A stretch of DNA of 64,000 nucleotides from assembly GCA_044892525.1 (NCBI GenBank), contig CM097887.1, positions 114,864,397-114,928,396 of the forward strand, in the 5' to 3' direction. This document shows positions 14,270-27,769 of this stretch, in pieces. Both the position numbers and the translations under genes were made by a program. Below the pieces are notes generated by a model. That model saw only the letters and a program-made list of their open reading frames with translations, had not been told where the DNA came from and did no database searches. This stretch comes from Schmidtea polychroa (taxonomy: Eukaryota). Numbering within the stretch: the first letter of the stretch is position 1; the number at the start of each line of letters is the position of its first letter.

Positions 14270-14716
14270 CAGGGCCGTAACAAGGGTGGTGCGAGCGGTG
14301 CAGTCGCACAGGGCGCACATCTGAAAGGGGCGCAAAATTGGAATGTATCATTTTTTTAATGTTACCAAAAAATAACAAAATATAAATAAAAGAAATTATC
14401 AAATGGCCTGCACGAAAAAAACGGCACACTAACTAGCCTATCTTTAACATTGCTGATTGGACTGGTCCATTAGCGTGCCTTCGTAGGTGTGTATTTTGAA
14501 AAATGTTAGTCCACAAAATGGACTCCTGTCATTTTTTCAATTAGCAACAAAATTTTAAGAGCATTACTGCCTATTATAATAGCTGGAGATGAATACATAG
14601 TTAACAATCTCAACATGAATATTATAATTATTATAGTAGGCTGATTTGAATTCGGGTTTTAGGGGCGCCAGATAAATGAACCGCACAGAGCGCAATAATG
14701 CCTTGTTACGGCCCTG
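14270..14716. mobile_element. hAT MITE
   Basis: Perfect 16-bp TIR CAGGGCCGTAACAAGG; perfect 8-bp TSD ACACTCAC. Confidence 0.9.
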
Positions 14717-15491
14717 ACACTCACTAATATACTTTTATTATTTTGTTCTTCTTATGTTGTCCTTCACCATTAATTCAAACCACGACCCAATTTTTCCATT
14801 AAAATTTTCTCACGGTCTTTACATTTTATAAGATCTCAACAAAAATTACACACAATTATTTTAAATAATAATATTTTTAGTAATGAAAACTGAAATATTG
14901 CTAAAACTTGTTGTTGATAATAATAACAAATATAATTCTAGTCACAGAATTTATCTATGCGAGTCGATTAAAACAAAAATGATATTTTATTTTACTTTTA
15001 TATTCTCCTTTTAAATTGCCATATGTTATTTTCCGTGAACGTGAACATTTTCCTACAAACTTATTGCCACTTTTTATATTCTAATAAAAAGCTATAAATT
15101 TTTTTACTAATGATGAAATATTTTTGAATAATTTATATTGTTGCTTGATCCTTATGCAGAAGCTAAAATGAAAATCTTGAAATTTGTTAAGGCTTATGAG
15201 AATATTATACTATTTAATGAAACTGTTTTTTTCACTTTTCTGTATAGAATTTTATTAATTTACTTTTTTATAAAAATTTAAATTTAAAATATAATGTAAA
15301 TTTACAAAAAGTAAATTTGTTGAATAGAAAATTAAAACAAACAATTATGTGATTCTACAATTGATATTTTGAAAGAAAATATTGTTAATTCTTTGTTTAG
15401 TTAAACAAATGTAATAAATATATATTAAACTAAAGTTTGTTCTGTCATTGTTTTTTCTCAATTTTGTGCTTTGTGATGGATTGAAGTAATA

Positions 15492-18108
15492 CAGTAATAC
15501 CCGCACTTACGTACACCTTGGGACCGGAGCGTGTACGTAAAACAAAAATGTACGTAAAATGAATCTACTGCTTTAATTGATGAATAATATGTTTGAAATA
15601 AACTAAAACAATAAATATATAAATAAAAAGAAAAAGAAAAAGAGGGATATTATGCATGTAGTTTTATACTTTTATTTCATACTTTTTTATACTATATTTA
15701 ATACTTAACGTGTATTAAAAAAATAAAACAAAAACCAAATTCATATACATACATATTAAACAAAACTTAAAAATAAACATAAACTTCAAAATTCATCAAT
15801 ACATAATTTAAATATAAATAATGTTGTAATTCAAATTTAATTGCTCGATAACGTGGAGAATGATGTATCATCTTCATCTTCATAAGTGATGTAATCAACC
15901 GCTAAACGCTTTTTTTGCTGGTGAGTCAGGAGATGTAGATGAACTTATTGAAAAAGTCTTGCGACTTCCTGAAGTGGATGCCAAATTCCGATTTTCTTTT
16001 GATTTTGAGCTAGGTGATATAGATTTTGTAGCAAAAAATCTTTTAAAGAGGTTTGTTTACTATGTTTTTTCATTTCCCTGTATAATTCTGAATAACAGGA
16101 ATATGCGTCCATAATGTCTTTGTTAACCTTTGAACTCCTCTCAAAATCTGGATCGTATTTTTCAAAAAGAGCCATTCCATTTTGAAAACATTGGAAAGCA
16201 TCTGATAAAATTTTCAGGTTGTATCTGTTCATTTAATTCTAAAAGATCTTCATTTTTGAGAGGTTCATCGTAGGATGCTGCAAGTTGAACTACATCATTT
16301 GAATCTACTTCTAACTCAAGATGTTGCGCCATATCTACAATATTGCCAATGATTTCAGCGTTATTATCTTCGAAATCTTCCCTATCGTTTGTCTCCTGCG
16401 GAAATAATTTATTCCAGGCCTCTTTCATTGTAGAAACTGAAATATCATTCCAGGTGTCTCGAATTATTTTTATGCAATCTAAAATATTGTATTCCGCCCA
16501 AACCTTTTTTAAAACTTCCCTACCTGAATCTTCTTTACTGTCAATTGCAGCAATTATTTTACTGAATGTCTTTTTTAAATAGTTCAGTTTAAATGACGCG
16601 ATAACACACTGGTCCATGGGTTGAAGGATAGATGTGGTGTTTGGAGGTAAAAATTCAACTCGAATATTACCGTTGCCTAAATTTTGCGGATGACCGGGAG
16701 CATTATCGATAACTAATAAAATTTTATACGGTATTTTTCTGCTTCTACAATATCCTTTAACTTCAGCTGTAAACATTTGTTAAACCATTCTTCAAAAATA
16801 TATGCAGTAACCCATGCTTTAGGGTTAGATCTGTAGTAGACTGGTACTTTAGCTTTCGCATAGTTCTTTAACGCTCTAGAGTTTTCATAACGATGCAAAA
16901 GCATGGGTTTAAGTTTATACGTTCCTGCGGCATTACCACCTAATAAAATAGTAATTCTCTCTTTATTTACTTTATATCCTGACATAGTCTTTTCTTCTTT
17001 AGAAATAAACGTTCGAGCTGGCATCTTCTTCCAAAAAGACCTGCCTCATCGACATTAAAAATTTGGTCTTTTGTATATCCTCCTTCTTTCACAATTTTTG
17101 CAAGTTTTTCTGGATATATTTTTGCAGCCTCAACATCTGCAGCTGCTGCTTCACCGGTGACTTTAATGTTATGTAAGTTGTATCTGTTTCTGAAACGATG
17201 AAACCATCCACGACTAGCACAAAATTTAGTCTCGTTTGCGCCTTTTTTAACTTTTAAGTCATTAAACAAGCTTTGGGATTTACTTTGAATAATAGCCTGA
17301 CTTAAGGGTACGTGTTGTTTTGTTTGATTTTCTATCCAGATGACTAGTAATTTCTCCATATCTGCAACAAGACCATGTTCTTTTCTTATGATGGTACTAT
17401 TTATTGGTGTAGCATTTTTCACTGCAAAAAGAATTTTATCTTTGTTCTTGACTACAGTGTTTACAGTAGAACGTTTCAAATCTAGTTGGCGGGTTACTTC
17501 AGCTTGAGGAGTTCCGTCATCGCACATTCTAATTATCTTAACTTTGGCTTTCAGCGAAAGAACATTTCGAGTTTTTTTTAATTTTTTATCTGCCATTTCT
17601 TAGAGAAAAAAATTATTTTAAGAATTTAAAAAAAAATAAACGTATTTCTACTTACTGTGCAAGTTAATATTTCATAGAATTATTGTTCCAAGAAAAAAAC
17701 TATACATAAATCAAAATAGAAAAAAATATTCTTTATTCTTCTAAAGTCGAATTAATTATGAATATTATGTATTTATATTTTACAAAGGTTTTTATATTGA
17801 TTTATTTCTACAAAAGTTTCGTTTTTGTTCTTATTCCACTTTACATATTTTGTTTTGACTTGTTTCTACATGCATTCACTCATAACAAAATTTAGGTTTC
17901 ATAGAAATAATGTACACACATACTCAAACACTTTGTTACAAGTGTACATTCATAATTTATTATCCTAGTATTTTCCATAAATTGCAAAAACCAGAAAAAA
18001 TGTAAGTAAAAAAAGTACATGTACGGAAGTGTGAATCATATAATGGGCAAATGGGGACAAAAATGAGATGTACGTAAGTGCGAGTGTACGTAACACGGGG
18101 TATTACTG
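15492..18108 (-). mobile_element. Full-length Tigger/pogo DNA transposon
   Basis: TIRs CAGTAATACCC..TTACGTACAC at both ends; TA TSDs; encodes the transposase listed next. Confidence 0.92.
15945..17596 (-). pseudogene. Tigger-type (CENP-B HTH + DDE_1) transposase, frameshifted
   Basis: ORF pieces 16967..17596 (HTH, FCASRGWFHRFRNRY, IFNVDE), 16713..17024 (KERITILLGGNAAG), 16162..16776 (LLVIDNAPGHP, LQPMDQCVI) and 15945..16232. Confidence 0.9.
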
Positions 18109-20487
18109 TATACATTTACAAACTAAAAGGTGAGGATTTTTCCCTCATGTTATATTTAATATATGTATTATTTCCCCAAGGCTTTCTTAATAACAACGAT
18201 ATTAATTTCGATTCTCTCGAGAAAGAAAAATTTAGTGCAAATAAAACCGATTGGATGTGGATTTCGGAATAATTAAATATATCCTCTTTCAGCCTTAGTA
18301 TTTAATTTCCTGTACCATTTTGGTTCTTCTCTTGATATTTTATCTATCATTTTATTAGTTTCCGTAAAGTTTACTCAGTTTCTTTTACTCCATCTTTAAT
18401 TCGTCGTTTATATTGCTTTAAGTATTGCTACGAATAAATATTTATAAAAATATTACATCAAGTTACTGTAGGCTTACCCAGTAATATAAATTTACCAGTG
18501 TTAGAAAAGTATTTCGTGATTTTTTTATTTAAAATTGAAACTGAAGTTTTTAATTAAATAATACTTTTAAACAAGGACCAATTTTGAATAATTAAATTTA
18601 AAATAAAATTTGTAAATCACCCTATTATCACTGTTAATAAAATTTTATTTAAAATTTCTTTTTACTATTCAAAATCAAGTTTATTATTGGTTTTTATAAT
18701 TTAATTTAAAAAATTAAAATTTAAAAAATTAAGAAATTATAATTTAATTTAAAAAGCAAGTAAGAAATAATAAAATGGATAACAAAATAAATGTTTTGAC
18801 GATTATATACTTTTTATATAGGATTAATACTAGTATACTTTTTTCTTTTGCTTTTTACTTTAAATTACATTTTTTCTATATTTATGTACATTTTTCTATT
18901 TCATATAACTATAAATAAATAATAGAATGAAATATTATTTAAGGGGAATGAAAACATTGCAAAATCGGACTTCACCAATTTCACTTAATAATTTCACAGT
19001 GACGTTGATTGGAGAGATTGGGAAAGGTTGAAAATTGTAATTTATTAACTATTGGCGATGTTTGTTTTATTTCATGAAAATATTAGTTTTGTTTTACAAA
19101 GAGTTTCAACATTACAATTTAGATAAGTGACTAAAAATGACACTTAAATTAGTAAAAATTAGCTTGAATTATAAAATTCACTGTTGTACACGACAAAAAT
19201 ATAAATTGATCTAATATTATAGTTAAAATTAAAACAAAGGTCTCACATTTAAATTAAGTAATTTAAAATATTGAAATGCAAAGATAACTTTATTCTACTC
19301 AGTGATTCTTATTTATTATTTTATTTAATTTTAATTATTTTCTCCAGTTTGGCGGTTAAAATGAAAGTGATATCAGAAGAAAGAAATTTGATGAATCCAC
19401 TTTGAGTTTCGCTAGTTTTTTAATATGACATATAATCTTTATCGACATTGCAACAAAATTCTCATATTTAATTCAACGTGTCGGTACTTTAGGAAAGGAA
19501 AGTTTGAAAAATTTTATAGAGATTTGATTACAAATGTGTAAGAATATTTTAGTTTATTTTCCCAGCATAATAACGAGCTGTAATTGATATGTTTCTATTA
19601 ATTATATTTTTNNNNNNNNNNNNNNNNNNNNNNNNNNNNNNNNNNNNNNNNNNNNNNNNNNNNNNNNNNNNNNNNNNNNNNNNNNNNNNNNNNNNNNNNN
19701 NNNNNNNNNNNNNNNNNNNNNNNNNNNNNNNNNNNNNNNNNNNNNNNNNNNNNNNNNNNNNNNNNTAATAAATGATATTATAAGTCATTGTAACTTTTTT
19801 TTCGTTTGAAAAATGATATATTTCGACTCAGAAATTAGCTTAAATATGAAATTGAAACTTTCTAAATTGAAATAGCTGCATTTTTTGATTGTAAAATTCA
19901 GATTTTTTACTAAAAAATCTGTAATATCATTTTTATTGTTTTTGACAATTTTTTAATAATTTTGATGACTTTTGTCATATATTTTTATATAAATGGAAAA
20001 GTAATAATAATAACACAAAGTAATTTAATACACAATATTTAAAAAACAATTTTAGAATATATATATATATATATCTTGAGACTCAATCTGAAAAAAGAAA
20101 TTTGTATTTGGATATCAGATGAAAGGAATATAAAAATGAATGTAACATTAAACTAAATTTTTTCTTACATAACTTCATTATTAATAAATAATAATAATTA
20201 TAACAATAGTAATAATAGTATAAAGTGATGATTTCTTGGTAGCAGCATTTATTATTTAAAACAATAAAATGATAATTTAAGCTTTTTGCTGCAAATATTG
20301 TATTTAATGAAAAAACTTTCGACTATAAGATAGTCCTTGTCAATCTCCTCTAGAGAAAATATTTACACATTGGAAAAATGTCAGATACCGAAGAAATGAA
20401 ATATTGATATTAATAATAATTTATTAACATTTATGTATATATCAAAATTTCAAAGACTATTTATAATTAGTAAGCACTTTAATTCTA

Positions 20488-20796
20488 AAAAACATCGTCT
20501 ATTGCATCACGTGCAATGTATGCAATGAAATCTACATTGGAAGTACCCTCAGGACATTGCACCAAAGAGTTAAAGAACATCTAGATCCTGGTGGAACATC
20601 CTCGTTGGGCAGACATCTCCGGCAGTGTCAGCCAACAGAGGAAAGAAAAAATATTTCAATAGAAATCATAGCTAATGGAAACATCCAAAAGAAAAATGTC
20701 AGAATCAAAGAAGCAATTCTCATCATAAACAGACAGCCAAAGATCAACATTAAAGAAGAAATCAATGAAATCATGAATTTGATCTGTTGTCATTGA
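20488..20796 (+). pseudogene. Penelope GIY-YIG endonuclease fragment
   Basis: KNIVYCITCNVCNEIYIGSTLRTLHQRVKEH...RIKEAILIINRQPKIN; the reverse transcriptase part is absent. Confidence 0.85.
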
Positions 20797-21192
20797 CTTT
20801 GAGAATAACTGACAATATATAAAGAAATTAAAAAAATAGAATAAATTAAAAAGTAATAATTAGAATAATATAGAAAAAAAAATTTTAAAAAATAGGGTTT
20901 GAAAATCAAAATTGACACATTTATTGAAATATTTAAATAGCATATATAAGTAGTTATTGGAGGCTTTATTTAAAATATTTTCAAATATTTTATTAGGCTT
21001 CTAGAAGCTAATTATAGAAGCTGTAAAAAATTTAAAAATTTTTAGTTTGTGTCATTTTGAAATTTTAAATGTAAAAATTTTAAAAGTTTTTAGTAAAACA
21101 ATTCATTATATTTACAACCAATGAGAATTAAGAGAAAGGAAATAAAAGAAAGATTGAAGGGTATTTTGGGGAAGAACATTGATAATTTCCAG

Positions 21193-21231
21193 GAGATTGA
21201 CAAGGACTATCGTATAGTCGAAAATTCTTTC
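21193..21231 (+). ncRNA. Degenerate minimal type-I hammerhead ribozyme fold (mirror copy in the left arm)
   Basis: GAGA-TTGACAA-G-[GACTAT-CGT-ATAGTC]-GAA-AATT-C-TTTC: stem I, a CUGANGA-like box with two core changes, a 6-bp stem II, GAAA, and a palindromic tetramer in place of stem III. Position inside a Penelope pseudo-LTR fits known biology. Confidence 0.55.
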
Positions 21232-21983
21232 ATTAAATACATTATTTGCAGCAAAAGGCTTAAATTATCATTTTATTGTTTTAAATAATAAATGCTGCTA
21301 CCAAGCAATCATCATTTTATACTATAATGAACAATGTACAATAGGTTAAATTAGATATTTTTCTACCCTATATTCCGATATGGCACATGTAAACATTTCC
21401 CATTCTAGTGTACCATGCTTTATATTAAAATTTGAATGTTAATGTTTATCACCATCTTTTAATGGGTGATTTTCTAATTTTTTTAACTATATTCAAAGAA
21501 TACTTTAGTGGAACTTTTCTTTGATCTCATTTTAACAATCTCCTCCTATTATTTAAATTAATGAATAACACTATGTATGACTTTGATTAAATATGTAGCA
21601 CAAGTTTATTGGTGCCTGAGTGCAAGGCATGTTTACAGTTTGTCTAAAAATATCGCGTGGTCTCCCTAATTATACATATTAGCATTAATTATCTTGTATG
21701 GCTTTGAAATTTTACAATATATTACAAATGTTTCATACCATCAACATTGATCCATCAATATACATAATTTCTTTGAATTTAAAATGTGAAAAAGATTAAA
21801 AATAAAAAAATTTTAAATGCCAAAAATTTAAATAGATATTTTAAATTTAAATATTTTACTAAATATCTGATTTGATGAAGTTGATATTTATTTTAACTGC
21901 AACTCAATTAATCATGCGCGCGTTATATGGCTTCATAATATAAGTGTTACACCTGCTAACTGCACTCCGATGTTATTTTAACT

Positions 21984-22372
21984 CAGTGTTTTCCAAACTT
22001 TTTTGAGCCACGGCACACTTGGCTGAATTAAAAATTTTCGCGGCACACCTAAATTTTTTTTTGCTTTATTTGCAATTTTTATTGGACTTTTACTAATCTT
22101 TTAATAAGAAATGAAAAACTTATTTACTTGAAATAAATTTAATGTAAAAAAGTTTAAATTTAGAAAAATTAGTGAATGACAGACGGCACACAGTTTTGAC
22201 AACACTGTTATAAACAAATAAATTTCGCACTTAATTGACTGATTAACATTTAAATTTAAATAACTGTTAAAATATCCACAATTCAATTTCCTTTTATTAA
22301 GTTGTTTGGAAAAACAGGGTTTTTTTGAATTTTTTTAAAAAAATTTCACGGCACACTGTTTGGACAACACTG
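21984..22372. mobile_element. hAT Charlie/Buster-type MITE
   Basis: TIR CAGTGTT(T/G)TCCAAAC; perfect 8-bp TSD TTTTAACT; internal CACGGCACAC repeats. Confidence 0.9.
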
Positions 22373-23889
22373 TTTTAACTAATATAAGTGTATTAATGTA
22401 TTTTTTTCATGCAATATTTTTTTGGCTTTAAACATACTTCATTAAAATCCATTGTTATAAAAAATACTTTTAATTCCAAATACTTACAGTAAATTTCGAT
22501 GAAATCACATCAACATAGCTTCATTTAAATAAACAAAATAATTCAAAAAAAATATTCGAGAATTTATTATTATATAATGAATAAAACATTAAGAAAATGC
22601 ACTAACCAAATAAATTAGAGGTTTCCTAAATGGTTAGCACAGAAAAAAACACGGAAGCTTGCTCACGTTTTAACTTACAAGGATTCGGATCAGTTACTAA
22701 TTAATGAAAATAATAAAGAAATTGTCTTAAGTAAAAGAATATTTTTACTAATAATAGAAACAAAACCATTCAGATCATATAATATTCGCAAATTAATTAA
22801 TATGGATGTAAGTCTGGGAACAAAGGCAATTAAATGAAAGTATATTATGAGATCATTTACATAGAGGATTACTGTCTGTTTACGGTAAACCTCAAGTGTA
22901 TATTTCATAAAAATAATATAATTTTACTCATAGTATTTATTTAATTCATTTTCATTTAATTTATTTATTATAAATTATTATTTTGACCAATATCTCAATA
23001 GAGCTTTCCTTGAAATGTCGTTTGAAACTATTAGAATGAGCGAAAGCCTCCTAGGATATTTTCTGACATTTGTCGAATTGACGATTGAAATGCATTATTT
23101 ATGACAATTTATGTGATTAACAAATGATTATTAAAAAAAATCATTCTGAATGAATACAATTTAAAAATACCCGTTGACTATTTTTAGGAATATTATACAT
23201 AAATGTGAGATATGAAAACTAAGACAATTCAGTATATTTAAACAATGTGTAAATTGAACAAATAAAAAATACAAAGTCCCAGTAAAAACAATTTTTCAAG
23301 AATTTTACTAGTTATTTTTAATATAATTTGCTGTGATCGGTAGATTAAAGAGAATATTAACATTAATTCTCTTGCTCAACAAACACAACTTTTGTATTAC
23401 ACGTAATAAATTGTTCTCATTTAAAACAAACTAACTGAAATTAAAGTTTAACAAATCATATATTAATGGCTTCGGTGGATCTAGGTCATCTAGGAAGGAT
23501 AGTTCAATTTTTAGGTTTCAGCGTCAACAACCAAAAATTGTAAATTTGCTATAAAACAAATATACGTTGGGAGTTTGTGTTTGTCAATTTTGGGACACGT
23601 GGAGTCAGAGTAACCAACGGTCAACTTCTTAGTATCATAAAACCCAACAATATTATTCATTAGATTAAGATCTAGTAAGGTATTTTATTATGAATTTTGT
23701 CGATTTTTATTTACAAAAAAGCCATTTGAAAAGATCTTGATCATGCCGAGAGAATTCTAGTTCTACAAATGTTGAAAGTAAACAATCAAATGTGTTTTAA
23801 ATTTTATATTTTCGATTTTGAAACCATTTGGGAATTCTAAAATATTTTATATAGTTTAGAGATATTTAAAAGTGGAAAATATGCTTAAA

Positions 23890-24545
23890 ACAAATCTAAT
23901 ACCCCAATGAGTTTAGTTTCTGATTTAATGAATAAATTTACATGTAATTGGTAAAATATTTCAAATATTGAAGATACATTCAGTCATCTCTATATACGAA
24001 TTCAGGAACATACCCAGTTAATATAGAAAAACATAGAATAAAATTCTAGGGGGACAACATATTTTCAAATTTTATTTAGAGCTGATAATTATCGGGAAAG
24101 TACGACATTTGAGGCATTGGTGATTAAATCACAATCCTTTACAATTAATCAGCAAGAAATTTAATGAGATTATTTAATTTCTTCATTAATTCATAACTAT
24201 TACGCCATTCAGAGGCGTAACTAGTGGACGCAGGACCCTGCGTTGCGGGGGCCCACCAGCTATAGGGGCCCAAAATTATTACTAAAAAATATTTACAATC
24301 ATTTTCTGAAACTTTTTTCCTGCAGTTATATTTGCCTACAAACATAAAACTATCATTGAATAGCGGCTGCTGTGAATAACTATGTATTAAACTTTAACCG
24401 AAAAATTTAAGTGGAAATATTTTACATTACGCGGGGGGCCCAAATTTTGAAGTTCCGCCACTGACGCCATTATTGGTTTCCTTATACTACACAACGATTA
24501 AGATGGCAATCTGATGATGGGGATTATTTTCTTGAAATGTATTGC
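23890..24545 (+). mobile_element. Old Penelope-like 3' remnant (GIY-YIG plus putative hammerhead), split by a hAT MITE
   Basis: Decayed KFTCN..IEDTFSHLYIRIQEH...FQILFRADN..FEALVIK..IN; hammerhead-like GCAAT-CTGATGA...TGAAATGT-ATTGC at 24506-24545. Confidence 0.6.
24210..24463. mobile_element. hAT MITE
   Basis: TIR CAG(A/T)GGCG(T/G)AACT; perfect 8-bp TSD ACGCCATT. Confidence 0.9.
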
Positions 24546-25181
24546 AAGTATTTGATGTTTTCGTTTATTTTTTAAAAATATGATAATATTCTTTTGTTTT
24601 TTATAAAGATAAAAGAAAAAGAAATTCCGTTTTTAAATTTGCCAATATTTGATTTGGTTTTAATATTACAATGGTCATATTTAGTTAATTTTTTAATTAA
24701 ATTTATTTAATCTCATCAAAAAGAGAACGTGTTGTCCTACTATTAAAAGACAAGTACGATTTTATTAATGTCTTGTAAAGAAGAGTTTCGGGATGTTTTT
24801 TTTCTAATATATATGGAGTACAGTAGTCCCTCGGTTAACACGGTATTTGTATAACACGGTTTCGATATTACACGGTATAAGACTTGAAATTTATAACGTA
24901 ACGCTTTCAAAAAATTGAATATGTTATGTATATATTGCTTTGTATTTTTTTAAAATTGCGTTTAATAAGGCGAATAGCAGAAAAATCAGTATCGCTTTGT
25001 TCTTTGTAAATGAAGTTGATAAAGATTTTGCATGCATTGTTTTTAATATTTTGGAAAGTAAATAGAAAAAAAAGTACATACATAGTAAATAATAATAGCC
25101 ATCTTTTGAAAGTCTATAAGTTCATAATAATTTTAATATCAGGTATGTTAAAAATTAAGTTGTAATGTTTATAGTAAAGCT

Positions 25182-25430
25182 CAAGGGTGGGGAACCTGCG
25201 GCCTCCGGAGCCTTATCAAAATAAATCTTAATTTATATAAAAACCATGAATTTTGAGGATTTACAAATAAAAATGTTTGTAACTACTGAATTGTATATAT
25301 ACCGTACTGTACAAGCATCCCGCCGAGTACAAAGAACGAAATATAAACGAAACACTTTTTGACTGCGGCCTCATTTGAAGGCGACAAATTTCAATGTGGC
25401 CTATGGAAATAAAAAGGTTCCCCAACCCTG
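25182..25430. mobile_element. hAT Charlie-type MITE nested in the Tigger 5' region
   Basis: TIR CA(A/G)GG(G/T)TGGGGAACCT; perfect 8-bp TSD GTAAAGCT. Confidence 0.9.
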
Positions 25431-25462
25431 GTAAAGCTCATTTTGTTTCCTAAATTTAGATA

Positions 25463-27182
25463 ATGTCTGACAAAATTAACAATCAAAGATTTTTCACTCG
25501 AAGAAAAAATAGGAATTTTAGATCGCATAAAATGTGGAGAAAAACCTTCATCGATTGGAAAATCATTAAATTTAAACGAAGCTACTATTCGAACTATATT
25601 AAAAAATGAAAAAGAAATTAGAAAAAATGTTTGTGGTGGTTGTTTGCAAGGTGCTAAACGTATATCACGCAACCGAGATATAAATATCGTAAAAATGGAA
25701 TATGCTCTTATTATATGGATAGAAGATTGTTTAGATAAAAAAAATCCCTTTGGGCACGAATATTATTAAATAAAAAGCGCTCAGAATTTACAACCATTTA
25801 AAACAAGATGAACATTCTTTTAAAGAGCACTTGAAATTATCATTTTTGGAAAGTAAAGGGAGTGCTTCGAAAATTAAAAAAAAAGATTTTCTTTGCGTAA
25901 TGTAAAATTTGAAGGAGAGCGAGCTTCAGCAGATATACAGGCTGCCCAAAAGTTTATACTGGAAATACCACAAATTATTAAAGAGGGACAATATGCAGCT
26001 GATCAAATTTTCAGAGCTGATGAGACAGCTTTATATTGGAAGAAATTGCCGTCTCGAACTTTTATTTCAAAGACAGCAAAGAACGCGCCAGGTTATTACC
26101 CTTCACATGTGTAGTAACCTATCGGGAAATTTTGTAGTAAAACCAATAATAATAAGCCATTCCTTGAATCCCAGAGCAATGAAAGCCTTGATAAATCTCA
26201 TCTACCAGCCCTCTGGTGGGTAAATAAAACGGGTGGATGACGCAAAATTTGTTTGAAGACTGGTTTAAAAATTGTTTTATCCCAGAGGTAGAAGCGTATT
26301 TGAAGAAAAAAAAATTGAGCTTTAAAGTTTTATTGCTCATAGATAATGCAGGTAGCCATTGTAAAGAGTTGAACCATCCTAACTTAAAAATTGTGTTTTT
26401 TCCTGCAAATTGTACATAATTGATCCAACCTTTAGATCAAGGAATCATTGCAACAATCAAAGCACTTTATATATGACTAAAATTCCAAAAATTATTTGAA
26501 AGACTGGAAAACGATAGAAATATAACTCTTACCCAAGCTTGGAAAGAATTTTCAATTTTAGATTGTGTTACAATTATATCTTTGGCTTGCAGGGAATTAA
26601 AAAAGTCTACACTTCATGCTTGTTGGAAACCTTTGTTACCCGACATGGTACAGAAAAAAACGTTGTCCCATTTGAGAAAGAAGAATATAACAGAATAATA
26701 TCGGTTGCTTCTAGTTTTGAAGGGAACGAATTTTCAGATATGAATATTGATGATGTTCAAGAACTATTTGAAGACCAAATTTTGAATGAGGAAGAACTAA
26801 TTGAACTACTAAATACCTCAACTTTTAATTACGCCAATGATTCCCAAAACATCTGTAATATTACATCTGTCCCACAATTAAATGTAATTGATCTGCAAGA
26901 AGGAATAGCTTTAACTCAAAAATTAGAAACATTTTCGTTGAAAAAGATCCCTCTGTAGTACATAGCGGAAAATTTAAAAGAGAATTGCAAAGTTCTTTAG
27001 CTCCTTATAAAGAAATTCTGACCGAATTAAGAGATCAAAACAGGCAGGTAATTGAAACTACGTCAGATAGTTTTTGTAATGAGGAGGAGATAACTAGTGA
27101 AGAGGAGTTTCAACCAACTTTGAAAAAAAGAAATAAATCAGCTGTAGTTTTTGATGAGAGTGAGAGTGATGATGAAAATTAA
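25463..27182 (+). pseudogene. Tigger-type transposase, multiply frameshifted
   Basis: FSLEEKIGILDRIKCGEKPSSIGKSLNLNEATIRTILKN (HTH), IFRADETALYWKKLPSRTF, LLLIDNAGSH, QPLDQGII. Confidence 0.85.
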
Positions 27183-27200
27183 TATGGTGGTCGTAAGAAC

Positions 27201-27769
27201 CGGTAGCCGACGAGTTTATCGAAAACGAGTTTATCGAAAGCGAGTTCTTCGAAAAATATTATTTTTAAGGAATTAAAAACTTTTAAATTTTTTCTTTATA
27301 TGCAGAAACTTAAAATGTGTTTATAATAGCATTTGTTGCAAAAAATTCGTTTTAGGTAAAAAATATTGAAAAAAGGGTTAAGGCAAAAAATACTGAAATA
27401 ATGAGGTTTAAGGTAAAAAACACTGAAAATTTTTCATAAGAATAACCTGCAACGGGTTTTCCGTAGGTTTTCATTAATTGTGGGAAATTCCCTTCATTTA
27501 TGCATTTTTTGATTTTGTGTTAATAAGAAAGGGTTTTTATATTTTTGAATTTAATATATATTCAGTTATCAAGTAGTGCGGTTATTAGTGATAATAATTT
27601 AAATATTTAAAAAATTAATTTCAAAATGGATTTACAATTCTTTATTAGTGAAAAAGGAAAACAGAAATAAACTCGATAAACTTGTCATTCGATCAATTGA
27701 TCATTCGATAAACTCGTTTTCGATAAACTCGCTTTCGATAAACTCGTTTTCGATAAACTTACCGGGAAT
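27201..27769. mobile_element. Non-autonomous MULE-like insertion with subterminal tandem ~14-bp repeats
   Basis: GAGTTTATCGAAA(A/G)C repeats in inverted orientation at the two ends; 9-bp TSD CGTAAGAAC/CTTAAGAAC; stub MDLQFFISEKGKQK resembles a MULE/FLYWCH N-terminus. Confidence 0.65.

Larger units (their letters stand above)
20224..21316 (+). mobile_element. Penelope-like element 3' fragment with inverted pseudo-LTR arms
   Basis: ~126-bp inverted repeat (20224-20349 vs 21191-21316) enclosing a GIY-YIG endonuclease C-terminus. Confidence 0.8.
24821..27200 (+). mobile_element. Tigger/pogo element (5' TIR present, 3' TIR not found) carrying a nested MITE
   Basis: TA followed by CAGTAGTCCCTCGGTTAACACGG; decayed transposase downstream; right boundary uncertain. 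Confidence 0.75.

Noticed and set aside
22601-22710. Minus-strand micro-exon pair (18 and 19 nt) around a 53-nt GTAAGT...CTAAC..TAG intron-like stretch
   Set aside because: Splicing them creates a stop in the only open frame; no support for coding.
27211-27760. Repeats that could be mistaken for a CRISPR array
   Set aside because: Tandem 14-bp units without unique spacers, in inverted orientation at element ends; eukaryotic context with no cas genes.
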